A DNA stretch of 62,987 nucleotides, counting the filler, from Octopus bimaculoides (lineage: Eukaryota), in the NCBI RefSeq assembly GCF_001194135.2. It is 7 parts of 7 records of this genome, joined end to end, with 100 filler letters (N's around TTAATTAATTAA, not from the genome) between each part and the next. Parts side by side here need not be neighbours in the genome. Positions count along the whole stretch, not along the records: positions 9,602 to 23,771 come from NC_068990.1; positions 23,872 to 35,775 come from NC_069004.1; 5 more parts are not named here. The stretch is one strand, 5' to 3'. The notes beneath the pieces were generated by a model. That model saw only the letters and a program-made list of their open reading frames with translations. It did no database searches and was not told the origin of the DNA. The translations under genes were made by a program, and so were the position numbers. This document shows, piece after piece, positions 13,636-26,390 of this stretch. Numbering within the stretch: position 1 is the first letter of the stretch; every line of letters starts with the position of its first letter.

Positions 13636-16600
13636 GAGAGAGAGACAGAGACAGAGACAGATAGAGCGCGTGTGTGTGTATGTGTCTGTGTATGTACGTG
13701 CGTATGTGCGTGTGGCTATTTATGAGTATGTGTGTATGTTTGTATGTATGCATGTGGGTGTGTATTAGTGCGTATGTGTGCACAGCGGTGTGTGTGCTTG
13801 TGTACGTTTGTTCGCGTGCGTGTTTGCGTATGTGCGCATGGGTGTGTATTTGTGTATGTGAATGTATCTGTGCCCGCGCGTATATATATAAACAGCTAAG
13901 ACAGTCATCTAATCTTTTCTCAAACATTTGTTGTTTGAAATACTTGAAACTTATGTTCATCGCCAGTATGTTAATCCATGACTCATTTCCATTACAAACG
14001 AAGCGATTAATGATAAATGTGTTAAGGTTTGACATACTGAATGATATACGCAAAAAAAAAAAAAGACGAGAAACTAATTTGTAATTTTAATTTTTCTCTA
14101 AGGAAAAGTCATTTCCCGCTAATTATAGGCTATTCTGAAAGAAAAGACGAGATAACGTCATACTTCTACATGTAGCAACATTGGTGTATATCAAGGTTCA
14201 ATTTTGTCACCCACACTCAAAAACTCACTTGCCAACAATTTCATCAAGACCAACAACACCCGCTCCCACGCCAATTATACTACCTTTCATTCTTCCTTAA
14301 CGTAACATATTCATCCGTGTACAATCAATACACATCATACCAAACCTACATTGATTCCATGAACGGTATCCTCGAAAGTCGTTTCCGTGGGGTCGTACCA
14401 ATTTCGCCTCTTCATGCTCTAGAAAATCCACCGTCCTACTGGACATTTTTCCTCTGCTACGGATGTATGTTTATGTTTTTTAACACTATACGTCGAAACG
14501 AGATGCTTTCTCGAGACGAATATCGCAATTTCTAGGCATTTTACAGTATATCTGCGTTAAGTGTGATATACAGAATGCAAGTCTATAGTTTGAGGGTCAT
14601 TTGGCTGCTATCTCTATCAGATCGAGCCACTACGTAGGACCGATGAATACGGAGAGTTATGGCGTTCAAGTATTTCCTCCGGACATTGGTGAGGTGAAGT
14701 AATTACAAGGTGAAAGAAACCAGCTCACAGCTACATGTTACTGGTGAGGGGGTAATTTTTCGTAGAGAACATACCTAGAATAAGGAGATTCACAAACTGT
14801 GATTAAAAGCAAAGTTTTTTTTTTAACCCAGGGTATGAGGAAACTTGTATTTAAGATGGACATATTGACAGAAATAGATTTGGGTTGGGTGATACATACT
14901 GGGTATTTTAAACACGGAAGAAATTAAATATAAGCCATCAGTAAAATATTTTGTGCCTAGACTAATTACGCGTATCCAGTTGTGTATTTCTGGTGTCTTT
15001 TCACATTTTCCTCAAAAGTTGCGCCTTACATTAGATATCTTAACAGTATCTTAACTATTGCCCTTTTTTGATAGATAATGTCTCTGAGTTATTTATGTTT
15101 TAACAAGTCAGATATTCTACACCAGTCAATCTCAAATCATGTATATTTACTTAGCGACTTTCCTTTAACGAGTATGGCAAAGCTTCCGTTTCACTAACGA
15201 CGATATCATAATGCTGAAACATGTACGTGGATTGACTTCCGTGCTTACCGTAGTCATTGACGAATATTGTCTTTTCTTCATCACATAATTATTTCTTCAT
15301 CGCATAATATATTAAATATGTTTACATTGGCTTAACTAACACAGTCAATGTTAACTGAAATAACTTGTCTTTCTCCATACACATTTTCGTTCAACAAATA
15401 GGACAATAATGATCATGCAATCAACTTTGCTTGTCCTCCAGCTCACATAACTAAACTTGAAATCACTCACACCAAATATAATCTCTATTTAATAACATCC
15501 AAATAATGTTGATTGATTCTCTAGTCACGTTTTACATTGTATTGAGAGAGTGGGAGAGAGACTGCGAAAAGAGAGATACAGAGGGTGTAAATATCAGAGG
15601 TGCAGGATGGATGTCTTGCAAATTTCTGAGTTTTAATGAAATTTTGCAATGGTAGGCTTTCGATGGAGTAGATTGTAATTATATTTATATAATCTAGAAA
15701 AATAACAACATATTATAAACAAATAATTTTATTTTATTTTATTTATTTTAAGGTAGTAAATGGTTTCCTTGAAAAAAAATTAGTATTCCTTATTTCATTA
15801 TTTTGTATAAGCTCCAAGAAATTTGATAAAAGTTAAATTATAATTATTGTATGTATGCCATATTTCCTGACATTGCCCATGGTATACGTCCAGAGTTATC
15901 TGCCATATGACAGAAAACACTCTAGTTGTTAAATATAACATGTGGTCATCTTGATGTTTTTAATGTAATGGTCAGTGGAAAAAAGGTTGCGTCCATGTCT
16001 CTTTTCAGAATAGCTTATGACATGTGGGGGGAAAGATTAAAGTTTTACTCAGATGTGAAACTCAGACTGTGCACCAGTTCCGGTTGCTTTCAATAGAGCG
16101 AACACTGTTGAAGCATTCACTGTGTTAGGGGAGGGTGTTTTATCGGGAGACGGATATGCCATGTCTCCTGACATGAACAACCATGAACCTCTAAATCAAA
16201 TGCCGAAGATTCATAGCTTACCTTGGGAAACATACGACAGTGATTTCTCGTTGCCTTCGATCATTTTCTTTATAGCCTACGCAGGTAGTTTATTGCTTTC
16301 CCTTAAGACGTAGACCCTTTTGAACCCTTGGGAGACAGGAGGGCTGTTTCGTGTAACATCAGGACATGTCCACTCATCCGTGGGTCTATCTGACACAAGT
16401 CTAAGGGTCACCTTTCAGTTCTATATGCTTTAGCTATAGGACCATCTTCTGTACTTTGACCGAAAACTGGTGCTCTTGAACAGACTCGGGTGACTAAGGA
16501 GTGACACCGTTCTCTCAAAGATTCTTGAACTCCAAAGTTAGAGCTTCACTACCAGATGCAGTTTAATGTCTGTTACTCAAGAAAGACTTACCATCCAAAA

Positions 16601-16919
16601 ACAAGAGTAATCTCTGCACTGTCTCCGTCTATCAACCTTCACACTCAAAGCCACGATGTAGAATCGATCCCGCAATCTTTTAGGAACAAGGTGAACTTGT
16701 TAACGACACCTCCACATCCACTCCCATGATGTAGATGAAATCTAATTGGCCAGATATAGTCTACAGACTTTTGCGTTACCAATTTCTGTAACCATGTCTG
16801 TTATTATAACCCCAATATGCAGGTGAGCTTACTGAAAATACCTTAATTGTCAGTTTATTTTACCGTGCCTTGATGCTTTTGCGTATTTTCATAGTTGGCT
16901 GATGATTCATCTATCTTAT

Positions 16920-16952
<33 letters not shown>

Positions 16953-17062
16953 GTAATAATATTTACCCAGAATATTATCTTCACATTCTTCTTCTTCTTC
17001 TTCTTCTTCTTTCTTCTTCTTCTTCTTCTTCTTCTTCTTCTTCTTCTTCTTCTTCTTCTTCT
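16920..17062. repeat. (AAT)n and (TTC)n microsatellites
   Basis: Directly visible. Source of the poly-N/poly-S ORF 16895..17341. Confidence 0.95.
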
Positions 17063-17828
17063 ATTCCACCTGTGTCTCCAACCCCCTGTTCACTTTCTCC
17101 TCCCCACTCCTCCTTCTCCGGAAGAAGAGATGAAGAAGAGGAAGAAAGGGGAGGAGAGGGGAACGGGGAGTTGGAGACACAGGCGGAAGAAGAAGAAGAA
17201 GAACTAGTACTTTGTTCGTCTCAAAAGAACGTAAGGCAGGATTTGGAGTCAAAATGCAAGGACGAATACTATAAGGTACTGTATCCAACTTACAGTATGT
17301 ATAAGCATATTTATTCCTACTTGAAAGAAGAACCTACATAATTAAAAAAGAAATATGCATACGTGCAGAGAGAGACGGACAGAAAATGCAATGAACAAAA
17401 AAAAAGACAACACAGTAGGCACAAGCTTTAAAAATGACTATTGGCTTAATTCTCAAAAGGAAGGGAAGAGTCGTGACCTTTCGGACGTTAGTCTTTCAAC
17501 AGAAGAAGAGTATAGAAGTGAGAAAGAGGAAAAGTGGTTTAGAGAAAAAGAAAAACAGAAAAAAACGGGTGAAGTGTTAGGAGCCAAGTGGAAATGAGAA
17601 AAGTGGAGGAGAAAGAAAGTGCAAAAAATTGGGAACGGGAGAGAGTGTAGGAAAACTAAATGAAAATGAAAAAGAGATAGGGATATACATATAAATTTAT
17701 GAAGTACTGAGGTCGATTCATTCAACTAAAAATTTTTCAAGGTGGTGTCCTAGCATGGCCGCAGTCTAATAACTAATATGAGTAAAAGATAAAAGTTGTG
17801 TGTGTTTGTCTGTGTGTGTGTGTTTGTT

Positions 17829-17882
<54 letters not shown>

Positions 17883-18381
17883 TGTGTGTGCACGCACATA
17901 TGCACACAGTAGAAAAGAAATTGGAAAAAGAAAAAAGAGAGAAAAGGATAAAAGATGTGAGACGGGGGTCGTAAGAGATAAAAATGTCGGCGAGAGAGGT
18001 CGTGCAAGAGACAGTGAAATGTAAGCACACACTCAAACAGGCAGACAAACAAACAGACAGACCGACAGGAATTCTCATAGACTTATTATAATAATAATTA
18101 AGGTATAAGGTGAGTGAACTGTAACATATTGTTTTTAAATGCAGAGTAGTATACAGAGAACAATTACTCAACCATCCAGTGACCTCTTTATGTCAAAAAA
18201 TGCCCAAATTTGTGTCTTTTATTAAACATCCTCCGTCCATGTTCCACTTCAATTCAGTGTCAGAGAAGTAGAATGTGTTTGAATCTAAATGCTAACTTTT
18301 ACCTTGTTTATATGAAGAATGCAGGGTCACTTTGAATCCAAATGCAATGGTTTTCTATTTCCTTTCCCCTTCATAACTTTT

Positions 18382-18453
<72 letters not shown>

Positions 18454-19875
18454 TCTCTCTCGCACACACACACATAATACACACAGACACATAATACACA
18501 TACATAATTATGCAACAAAATATTCATAAACTAGAAAACCCTAAACGAATTTAAAACCCTACAAGAATTAGAATTTCAATAAAGGACAACTTAGAACTAC
18601 GAGAAAACAATGTACAGACCCTGCATTGTCTACGAACTTTTGCACGTATATAAGACTCTCATATAGATTCTCAACAACTCTTTTTCTTTGCGAGCACATT
18701 TTTTCCACTTTCAGCAATAGACTTTTAAGAAAGGACACTATTTTCAGCTAAGTTTGCCACCTTTAGTTTACTCATTTCTGTAATGCTCATTTTTTATTGC
18801 ACCACACAACGTTCATACATGTACCTGCACGCTAAAACTGTCACATTCTTGCATCAAACTATGCTTTTTTCGCTTGTTTTTCATGCTTCCTGCGCCCTTG
18901 TAGACACAATTCATCTCTGTAAGACCCTAGGCCGGTCACGTATACATAAAGTTGTTTGTCCCTTACAACACGCCAGCATACCACACTTTTGTTCCTGCAC
19001 ATTCCAAGGCATTTAATACCTCATGCATCAGCTGACATATCCAGCACTGCCTTAATTACTGGCATATTCAACACTGTATTTGTAATCACTGCATTAGCAT
19101 ACTACCTCAGCATTGAGCACCCATTTGCACACACACACACGCAACTCTATTAGGCCTCTACTGCCTTGTTTTTCAACACGTCTGTGCCCCTTTCCTGACT
19201 TGATGCACGTCAGATGTCCATATGCTCTTTGCGCTCATGTTAGATATAATTTCCCTCTGTTAGACGCCTGTTTAGTCACGTAATGAATGGAGAAAATTAC
19301 CTGTCTTGCGCATCACTCCAGCATGATATACTGTCGTTCTTGCTAACCTCAGCAATTACCCACGACAACAGCACCAGATACATTTCACTTCCGGGAAACC
19401 TTCAAAGCATTTCACGCACTGCAATCCTGCAGGAAGATCTTCGATTTCATAAACTGAGAATACACTCACTCGCTCACCTGAGCTCATTTTACAGCGTATT
19501 TTGATACGTGCACCTGCACTCATGTATATGCCCTCACGCGCTCGCACGCGCTAACTCATTTTCCGTACTATCCAGTCACTGACTGCACACATTTTGGCGC
19601 GCAAAGCGACACCGCTATTCAGACTCACTTGAATAAATATCTGTCCTGTATACACTTCAATGATCCCCTCTCCTGATATGCAAGATTTTTCCTCAGCCAT
19701 GCATTTCTTTCTCTTCCTCGATCGTTTGTGTCCTTTTCTCAGAACCTCTCTGGAGGAGGAGTGATGCAGTGGCTTCATGCAGACATAGCGTGGATTCGAT
19801 CCTCGATAGCCAAGTTTCACTTAACTGTTCAGCAGCACTTTTCTCACAGTAAAACAATAGATGGATCTTTTCCCT

Positions 19876-20924
19876 TTGAATGGCACATCGAGAAATTAAT
19901 TTTTTATAACTAAACACTTTCAAACTTCGGACACTGATAGAGTGTGTCATATAAAACATCTTTTACTCTTAGTGATGTTGAGAAAAGTTGATATTTTCAA
20001 AGTTATTTCGTGTTAAAGTTGTCATATTTCGGTAATTTCAACCAATCAATGACGTGTATTCAGCTGAATAAATTATTGCCGTTGTTTGTCAACAACAACT
20101 GTCGGCGGTGTATATTTCGTTTGTCACTGTTATTTATGACATCATTCGTGCGTTTGTACTGGTTTTAGCTTTGGGGTTTTAGGGTTAGGGTTCGGGTTTT
20201 AGGGTTAGAGTTAAGGTTTTAGGGTCAGGGTTAGGGTTTTAGGGTTAGGGTTAAGGTTTTAGGGTCAGGGTTTTAGGGTTAGGGATAGGGTTTTAGGGTT
20301 AGGGATAGGGTTAGGGTTCGGGTTTTAGAGTTAAGGTTAGGGTTTTAGGGTCAGAGTTAGGGTTTTAGAGTTAGGGTTAGAGTTGGGGTATTAGGGTTAG
20401 GGTTAGGGTTAAGGTTTTAGGGCTACGGTTAGGGCTAGGGTTAGAGTTGGGATTTTAGGGTTAGAGTTTCGAAAAAATGTGAAAAATGAAGAAATTGGAG
20501 TGGAGGGCAAAAATGTCTTTCCGAAAATAGTAGCTGAAAATCAGGGGAAAAAAAACCTAAAAGCAGTAGAAATGCACGAACGATTGTGGTGGTGACATGA
20601 AGTAAACATGCTTCAGATACACTCGTTTATTTATACACACATAACTGAGATGAAATATGTCATAAATAACAGTGACAAACGAAATATACACCGCCGGAAG
20701 TTATTGTTGACAAACAACAGCAGTAATTTTATTCAGCTGAATACACGCCATTGATTGGTTGAAATTACCGAAATAAGACAACTTTAACACGAAATAACTT
20801 TGAAAATATAAGCTTTTCTCAACATCACTAAGAGTAAAAGATGTTTTATATGACACATTATACCAGTGTCCGAAGTTTGGAAGTGTTTAGTTACAAAAAA
20901 ATAATTTCTCGATGTGCCGTTCAA
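19876..20924. mobile_element. Foldback/MITE-like element: about 267-bp terminal inverted repeats enclosing a telomere-like repeat array
   Basis: 19876-20142 is a high-identity reverse complement of 20657-20924 (e.g. ggcacatcgagaaatt / aatttctcgatgtgcc). Confidence 0.85.
20161..20467 (+). repeat. Interstitial telomere-like array of TTAGGG / TTTTAGGG / TTAAGG / TCAGGG variants
   Basis: Directly visible, e.g. ggttttagggttagggttaaggttttagggtcagggttaggg. Confidence 0.95.
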
Positions 20925-21358
20925 CAGGTGAATAGTTTATCTGTGAGTGACAACAGTTACATTTAACTCACTTTCTTTTCTCTGTAGCATTATCATATCT
21001 CTCTATATATGCTACTATTAGATCGTGTATACACATATCGGCCGAAATTAACTCTTTTTTTTATCTCGCATGCTTTTCCATTTACTAGTTATACATACCA
21101 ACCCGTCGTGGTTTTGGATATATACAAAGTAACGGTAAATAAATATCTCTTTACAACTTCGATCACTGTTCTTCTTTCATCTTTCACATCTTACAAATGG
21201 CAAACAACGAACTGCATTGCCGTTACATATATGCATATTCATATTGTTTAATATATTGCGAGTTTGATATTCTGCAGAAAATAAGGGAATTCTCGAATGC
21301 AGGATGACTCTGAAAAGTTTCTAAGCTGTCTTCGCAGCCATCCTCCTTTCGAGAATTT

Positions 21359-21404
<46 letters not shown>

Positions 21405-21943
21405 ATGCGCGCGCTATTGTGTATATGGAGTCAGTATCTGCTTCTCTTATTTGTACAGCTTCTTTAACGGTCATAATGTTGGGTCTTTAAGGTGTCTGGA
21501 AACAATTTTTACATCGAATTTTAACTTAAGAATAATGTCCCCAACCACACTCTCTTAACAAGGGAAGAGATATAATCCAATAAATACATGCAAACCAATA
21601 TTATGGCATGGCATCAGCTGACTCGGTTGCCACTGAGATGTAATAAACTCAGAAAAATAAGATGTAGATCATTTGAAAATCTACGGAAATTGAGGACACT
21701 AGAAGAGAATGCTGACGATTTTGGTTGAAAGAAGGGGAAATAGGTACCTTGGTCGGAACCTTGGTCCAGTGATAGACTTTGGTTAGCATGGACTTGTCTC
21801 ACCGAGCGTCGAATTGTAAATCCACCGACCTTTTCTGATTAATGTGTGCTCACCAAAGATATCAAGTACAACGTTACAATCGGATACGGAACTTTTGAAT
21901 GAAAAATGGCACCCAGCACACGCACATCATGCACGTACGCACG

Positions 21944-22007
<64 letters not shown>

Positions 22008-22483
22008 ACTACACACACACGCTCTCTATCAATGAAATTTTTAGGCAAGTTGTCTTATCTTTATTGATTCAAATTTTTAGAAATTTTATTGTGGGTTCAA
22101 CGTATTTGAGTTTCTTTTCTGTGATATTAACCCCAAAATGTTCCAATAATTCGGACAAACTTCATTTTTTGTTTTTGGTTTTTAGTCAAACTCGTTCGTT
22201 CTTTTCCTCTCTTAAGCACTTTTCCCTCGTAAGGGTGGCACAATCGATAGAACAGCGGAGTTTAATTACATTCTTGTACGTTGAGAGTTCGAATTCCGCC
22301 GAGATTTGGTATCATTTTACATCCTTTCTGGGTTGCAAGAATAAATTACAAGTCAAGTAGTAGGGTAGCTTTAATCGACTTTGCTGTTCTCCAAGTTGTG
22401 TGGCCTTGTTATGTTCATTGTTAAAATTCAAAATTTAACTTTGAACGTTGTGCTCCAAAATTTGTATTAACATTTTGTTTAAT

Positions 22484-22489
22484 TTTATT
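22484..22489 (-). promoter_or_regulatory. Polyadenylation signal AATAAA of the homeodomain/UBL gene
   Basis: AATAAA on the minus strand about 55 nt downstream of the stop codon, in AT-rich sequence. Confidence 0.5.
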
Positions 22490-22544
22490 TTGCTAAGTGA
22501 TATTTTTCTAAACTTGAACTCTTCTTATTTTCAGTTATTCAGTT

Positions 22545-23327
22545 TCAGTGGTCTTGTTTTTCTTTGTTTATTGTGTAATACTTATCTATGGCAGAAATAA
22601 AGTTACTTTTAAACCGTATGTTGCAATCATAGAAAAGCAAGACTTTCTGTGGATGTTTCTTACAAAAACCAAAGTATCCACATTCTTTAAAAGTTGACAT
22701 TTTAGGCAGTGGTTGTCTGTTTTTTCGGAACTTATTGAACGAAATAAAGAGAGAAAATGCATCCGACTGTATATCTGTGTGCTGTTGTATTAGATCTAAA
22801 ACAGTGAGGACCATCGTGCAGCTGGGAAGTAACATGATAAAATGGAAATCTGCTACTTCGATAAAATCGTAAGGTGCAAAATATACATGAAGTTCAACAT
22901 ATCGATTTTCTTGAATATGTCCCGTAATTTCAAGGGAAATATGTGTTTCCTTTGCTCTTGCAGCAATGAAAGCCTTTATTTTATTCTTTAATTTCTCATT
23001 GGCCTTTCTTTTATTTGTAATCCAATTATAAATTTTGGTTACATTGAATTTTTTGTGCTTCTTTCCCAATTGAAATATTGTTTCTGAAAAGCTTAATCTG
23101 GGCTTTGTATCAGATCCGGGATGAAGTTTATCAAAAATAACTTTACGAAAGGAGTTTTTTCCTTCATTTTGAATTAGATTTTTATATCCACACGAACATT
23201 CTATGATTTCGTCCATTAAACCAATTTTATAGGTTAAATTTTCCAATGTTATGCAGTCTTTTGTGGTACTTAACCATTTGGACAACACGTGCAATTGCAA
23301 CACACTGAACGGAGCTAAAGCATCCAC
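22545..23327 (-). CDS. Terminal exon, 260 codons: divergent homeodomain-like region plus ubiquitin-like C-terminal domain (uncharacterised protein)
   Basis: Only long, complex, gap-free ORF in the window. Preceded by a CTAAC branch point, a T-rich tract and an AAG| acceptor (phase 0). Followed by TGA and an AATAAA about 55 nt later. Domain calls are from motif recognition only. Confidence 0.8.
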   Translation of the reverse strand: MDALAPFSVLQLHVLSKWLSTTKDCITLENLTYKIGLMDEIIECSCGYKNLIQNEGKNSFRKVIFDKLHPGSDTKPRLSFSETIFQLGKKHKKFNVTKIYNWITNKRKANEKLKNKIKAFIAARAKETHISLEITGHIQENRYVELHVYFAPYDFIEVADFHFIMLLPSCTMVLTVLDLIQQHTDIQSDAFSLFISFNKFRKNRQPLPKMSTFKECGYFGFCKKHPQKVLLFYDCNIRFKSNFISAIDKYYTINKEKQDH

Positions 23328-23468
23328 CTTGACGATAAATGAAAAAAGTAGTTAGATCAGGAATACACTAATAATTAATCAATAGACATTGCATCGATTT
23401 TCTTTGAATACCGGGGAACGAGTTCTTTACGTTATAGGAAAGTTGGTTTTACTTCATTAGATGTATAC

Positions 23469-23477
23469 CTGACCTTC
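23469..23477 (-). CDS. Candidate 9-nt microexon (EGQ), or 3' end of a non-coding upstream exon, of the homeodomain/UBL gene
   Basis: tctttaattttatatag|GAAGGTCAG|gtatac. It would give a 141-nt intron (23468-23328) in phase 0 to the large exon. Confidence 0.3.
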
Positions 23478-23870
23478 CTATATAAAATTAAAGAATATAA
23501 CGGAACGCTGAACCCACAGACTATCAACTTAAACTGCACTTTATTTAGGTGGTAAATATATACATCTTTAGCTCTTGTTGTTACAGCTCTGCTATGTGTG
23601 TGAGCATAGTTGTTGGGACGTTGTTATGTAGATGTAAGCGAGCTGTCGAGTGTAAGTCCGAAAGATGGAGAGTGACAACTAAACACGTCCATGCTCTATT
23701 GCTGGCCAGCAAGAAAGAGAATGAATTGAGCGGGAACGCTTGCTTGTTTAATTCCACGCATGCATGAGACTNNNNNNNNNNNNNNNNNNNNNNNNNNNNN
23801 NNNNNNNNNNNNNNNTTAATTAATTAANNNNNNNNNNNNNNNNNNNNNNNNNNNNNNNNNNNNNNNNNNN

Positions 23871-24335
23871 NTCTGTCCTTTCAGTTGAGATGCCCAGTCT
23901 CTTGGCTACCTGACGACATGATATTCAGCGATCTTGCATTATCATACCAAGAGCAAGGTCAATGTTGTCCTCGGTGGTTGCAGTTGGAGGTCTCCCTGGT
24001 TTTGGATCATCTTCCACACTCTCCCTGCCACGCTTGAATTCATTTACCCAGCGTTTGACTGTTGCATATAAAGGAACATTGTCTGTTAAGGTTCCCACCA
24101 TATCTTCATGGATTTCTGATGGAGTCATGCCTTTCAAATGAAGGTACTTTATGACAGCACGATACTCAGTTTTCTCCATTTTCCTTGTAACCTCGACACT
24201 TGTTTATTCAAAAATCTGCAACAAAAAAAATTAAAATATCAGAATCATGAAAATAAGCAAGAATACCCCGAAAAGACTGTACTTACCAGAAAAATTGTAC
24301 ATTTTGTAGTATTTAATGTATTTTTCATTTTATAT
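23871..24335 (-). mobile_element. Mariner transposase 5' fragment (N-terminal HTH), interrupted by a stop and a gap
   Basis: MEKTEYRAVIKYLHLKGMTPSEIHEDMVGTL...YATVKRWVNEFKRGRESVEDDPKPGRP, the classic mariner DNA-binding domain. TGA after QDR, then ISCRQVAKRLGIS. Confidence 0.9.
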
Positions 24336-24699
24336 ATATATGTGTGTGCGTATCTATATGTTTGTCCTCCACCATTGCTTGACAACTGGTGTTGGTTTGT
24401 TTATATCTCCATAAATTAGTGGTTTGGCAAAAAGAGATAGAATAAGTTTCAGGCTTAAAGATAAGTACTGAGGTCAATTTGTTTGGTTAAAAGCCCTTCA
24501 AACCAGTGCCCCAGCATGGCCATAATCCAAAGACTGAAACAAACAGAAGGCAAATGATAAAAGATAGGATACAAGTCAGGTTAATTGAGTTTGTCACTCT
24601 CTAACTTTGTACAGCAATGAGTAGTCTTTACTCAGTTGTATTCTAAGATGGATTATGCTATTTGGAAGTTAACTCTTTAGTATTCAGCATGGCAGATAC

Positions 24700-24900
24700 T
24701 GGTGTTATGCAAATGGTACCCATGCTGGTGACATGTAAAAGCACCCATTACACTCTCGGAGTGGTTGGCATTAGGAAGGGCATCCAGCTGTAGAAAACCA
24801 TGTCACATCAAACTGGAGTCTGGTACAGCCTTCCAGCTTACCAGCCCTAGTCAAACTGTCCAATCCATGCCAGCATGGACAACAGACGTTAAATGATGAT
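24700..24900 (+). mobile_element. SINE/LINE-tail repeat ending GACGTTAAATGATGAT
   Basis: GGAGTGGTTGGCATTAGGAAGGGCATCCAGCTGTAGAAAACC...CCATGCCAGCATGGA...GTTAAATGATGAT, an RTE-type tail. Confidence 0.65.
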
Positions 24901-25166
24901 TTTACCGTTAAATATAACGTTTTATTATTCTCGTTTTGAATTAATCATGCATTATCTTGTAGCTTCAAGATTTTGATGATGTGATTGCTTATTTGTAAAA
25001 CGACATTCTAGGGTAGGAGTGAGAGATCAGATTTGTCCTATTTGATCATAAAACAGGTAGAATATGTTAATGCTAAAGGGTTAAACCATTCATCTCAGAA
25101 ACAATACAGTGCCATTTTTAGAATGTTAACATCCTAAATTCCTTTTTTTTTAAATTTTTATTACAG

Positions 25167-25246
25167 GGTTGTGCTGAAGCTGTTGTGCCTTCTTATGCAC
25201 CAATTGTCAAACGAAACTGCAAGAGAACATATTCATATATGGAACG
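25167..25246 (+). CDS. CPOX: Internal exon of coproporphyrinogen III oxidase (GCAEAVVPSYAPIVKRNCKRTYSYME-R), phase 0 to 2
   Basis: Acceptor tttttattacag|GGT and donor GAACG|gtaagt. The peptide aligns from memory with human CPOX [27 protein letters not shown], just before WQQLRRGRY. No other CPOX exon was found in the readable sequence. Confidence 0.85.
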
Positions 25247-25639
25247 GTAAGTTCTTTTCTAACACAATTTCAGTCGATCTGTTTTCATTTTATATTTTTA
25301 TTTTAGTGTCTTTCTGGCACAGGAGTGGCTAAGCTGTAAAACTTTCCTTGGAAGTTCTCATCTTGATGACTTACTAATAGTCCTCAAACTAGCAGAAGCA
25401 GAAATATAAAAATACATGACAAGCTCTGCTTGGTTGATAATCATCACATTTCCTATTACCAAAAGAGAATGAGTAATTTTACAATGACACTCAATAACAA
25501 TAAAATAGTTAGAAATAGATTACATTAGAGAAATATGACATGGTTCAACCCTACTTTTGTAATTCTACTAGCATAGCTAATCCAAGAATTTTCTTTAGGG
25601 TATTGGAGAAGCATTTTGCCTCTCTAATTGATATAAAAT

Positions 25640-26390
25640 CTTTAATAGATTTACTGTGAAATCTGTATATTCTATCACACCAATTCTAGCTGATAATATA
25701 GCTGCAATTAACAATAAAAAATGAAATGATATTGGAAATAAGAAATATACCTTTGAGTAACAATTACAACTCTACATCCATTGTGAAGTTATGTTTTTGT
25801 GAGAATGTTGATGATTTTCCTTTATATAGTATTCCATGGGATTTAAATCTGGCAAGTTTAGCGACCACAGGTTTGGTGTTATATGATCTTAAAGATTGTT
25901 CTTCGATTATGTAGGCTTTGTCAAAAAGGTACTGAGTCTTGTTAAAACATTTATGGTCTTCCCTACGTACTTCATCCGTCCAAAGCTTAACAAGTGTCAC
26001 CAGCAGTGTTAATTCTAAGAACCTGAAGAAAGATGTCAGGTGGAATAACATGACTTTCCTTACTCACCACTCCTAAAACCATCACAGTTCCTGGCATCAG
26101 AAGGGTCTATGCTTAACCAGCTCTCATTTCTCCTGTTAGACTTTTGCTCTCAGTCAAAGTTTTCCTCATCAGAGAAATACCAAAACCTGTCACATTTGTG
26201 AGGGGTTTTTTAACATTCTTAACCACTTGGCATGGATCAAATTGTTTCTTGTGTCTTTGTAGATATAAATTAGTTTCATACACCACAGTTCTAATAGTCC
26301 ACCCTGACACTTGACGTTCTTTGGTTATCTTTGAGCCGACTCGATAAACTGAGACATCCTTTTGGTGTTTTGCCCCACTACAAAGGTAAA
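25640..26390 (-). mobile_element. Decayed Tc1/mariner-superfamily transposase (catalytic region)
   Basis: Across frameshifts: WYFSDEENFD*EQKSNRRNESWLSIDPS, PGTVMVLGVVSKESHVIPP, LRINTAG, QDSVP. Multiple stops. Confidence 0.8.

Noticed and set aside
16895-17597. Acidic/basic ORFs (EEEEERGGEG..., EKEEKWFREKEK)
   Set aside because: Purine-rich low-complexity sequence adjoining (TTC)n, with no domain signature.
19748-19812. A-box/B-box pair suggesting a tRNA gene
   Set aside because: No cloverleaf. It is a decayed SINE head.
25764-26310. Minus-strand ORFs 25764..26051 and 26113..26310 with apparent splice sites
   Set aside because: They are alternating frames of a frameshifted mariner-type transposase.
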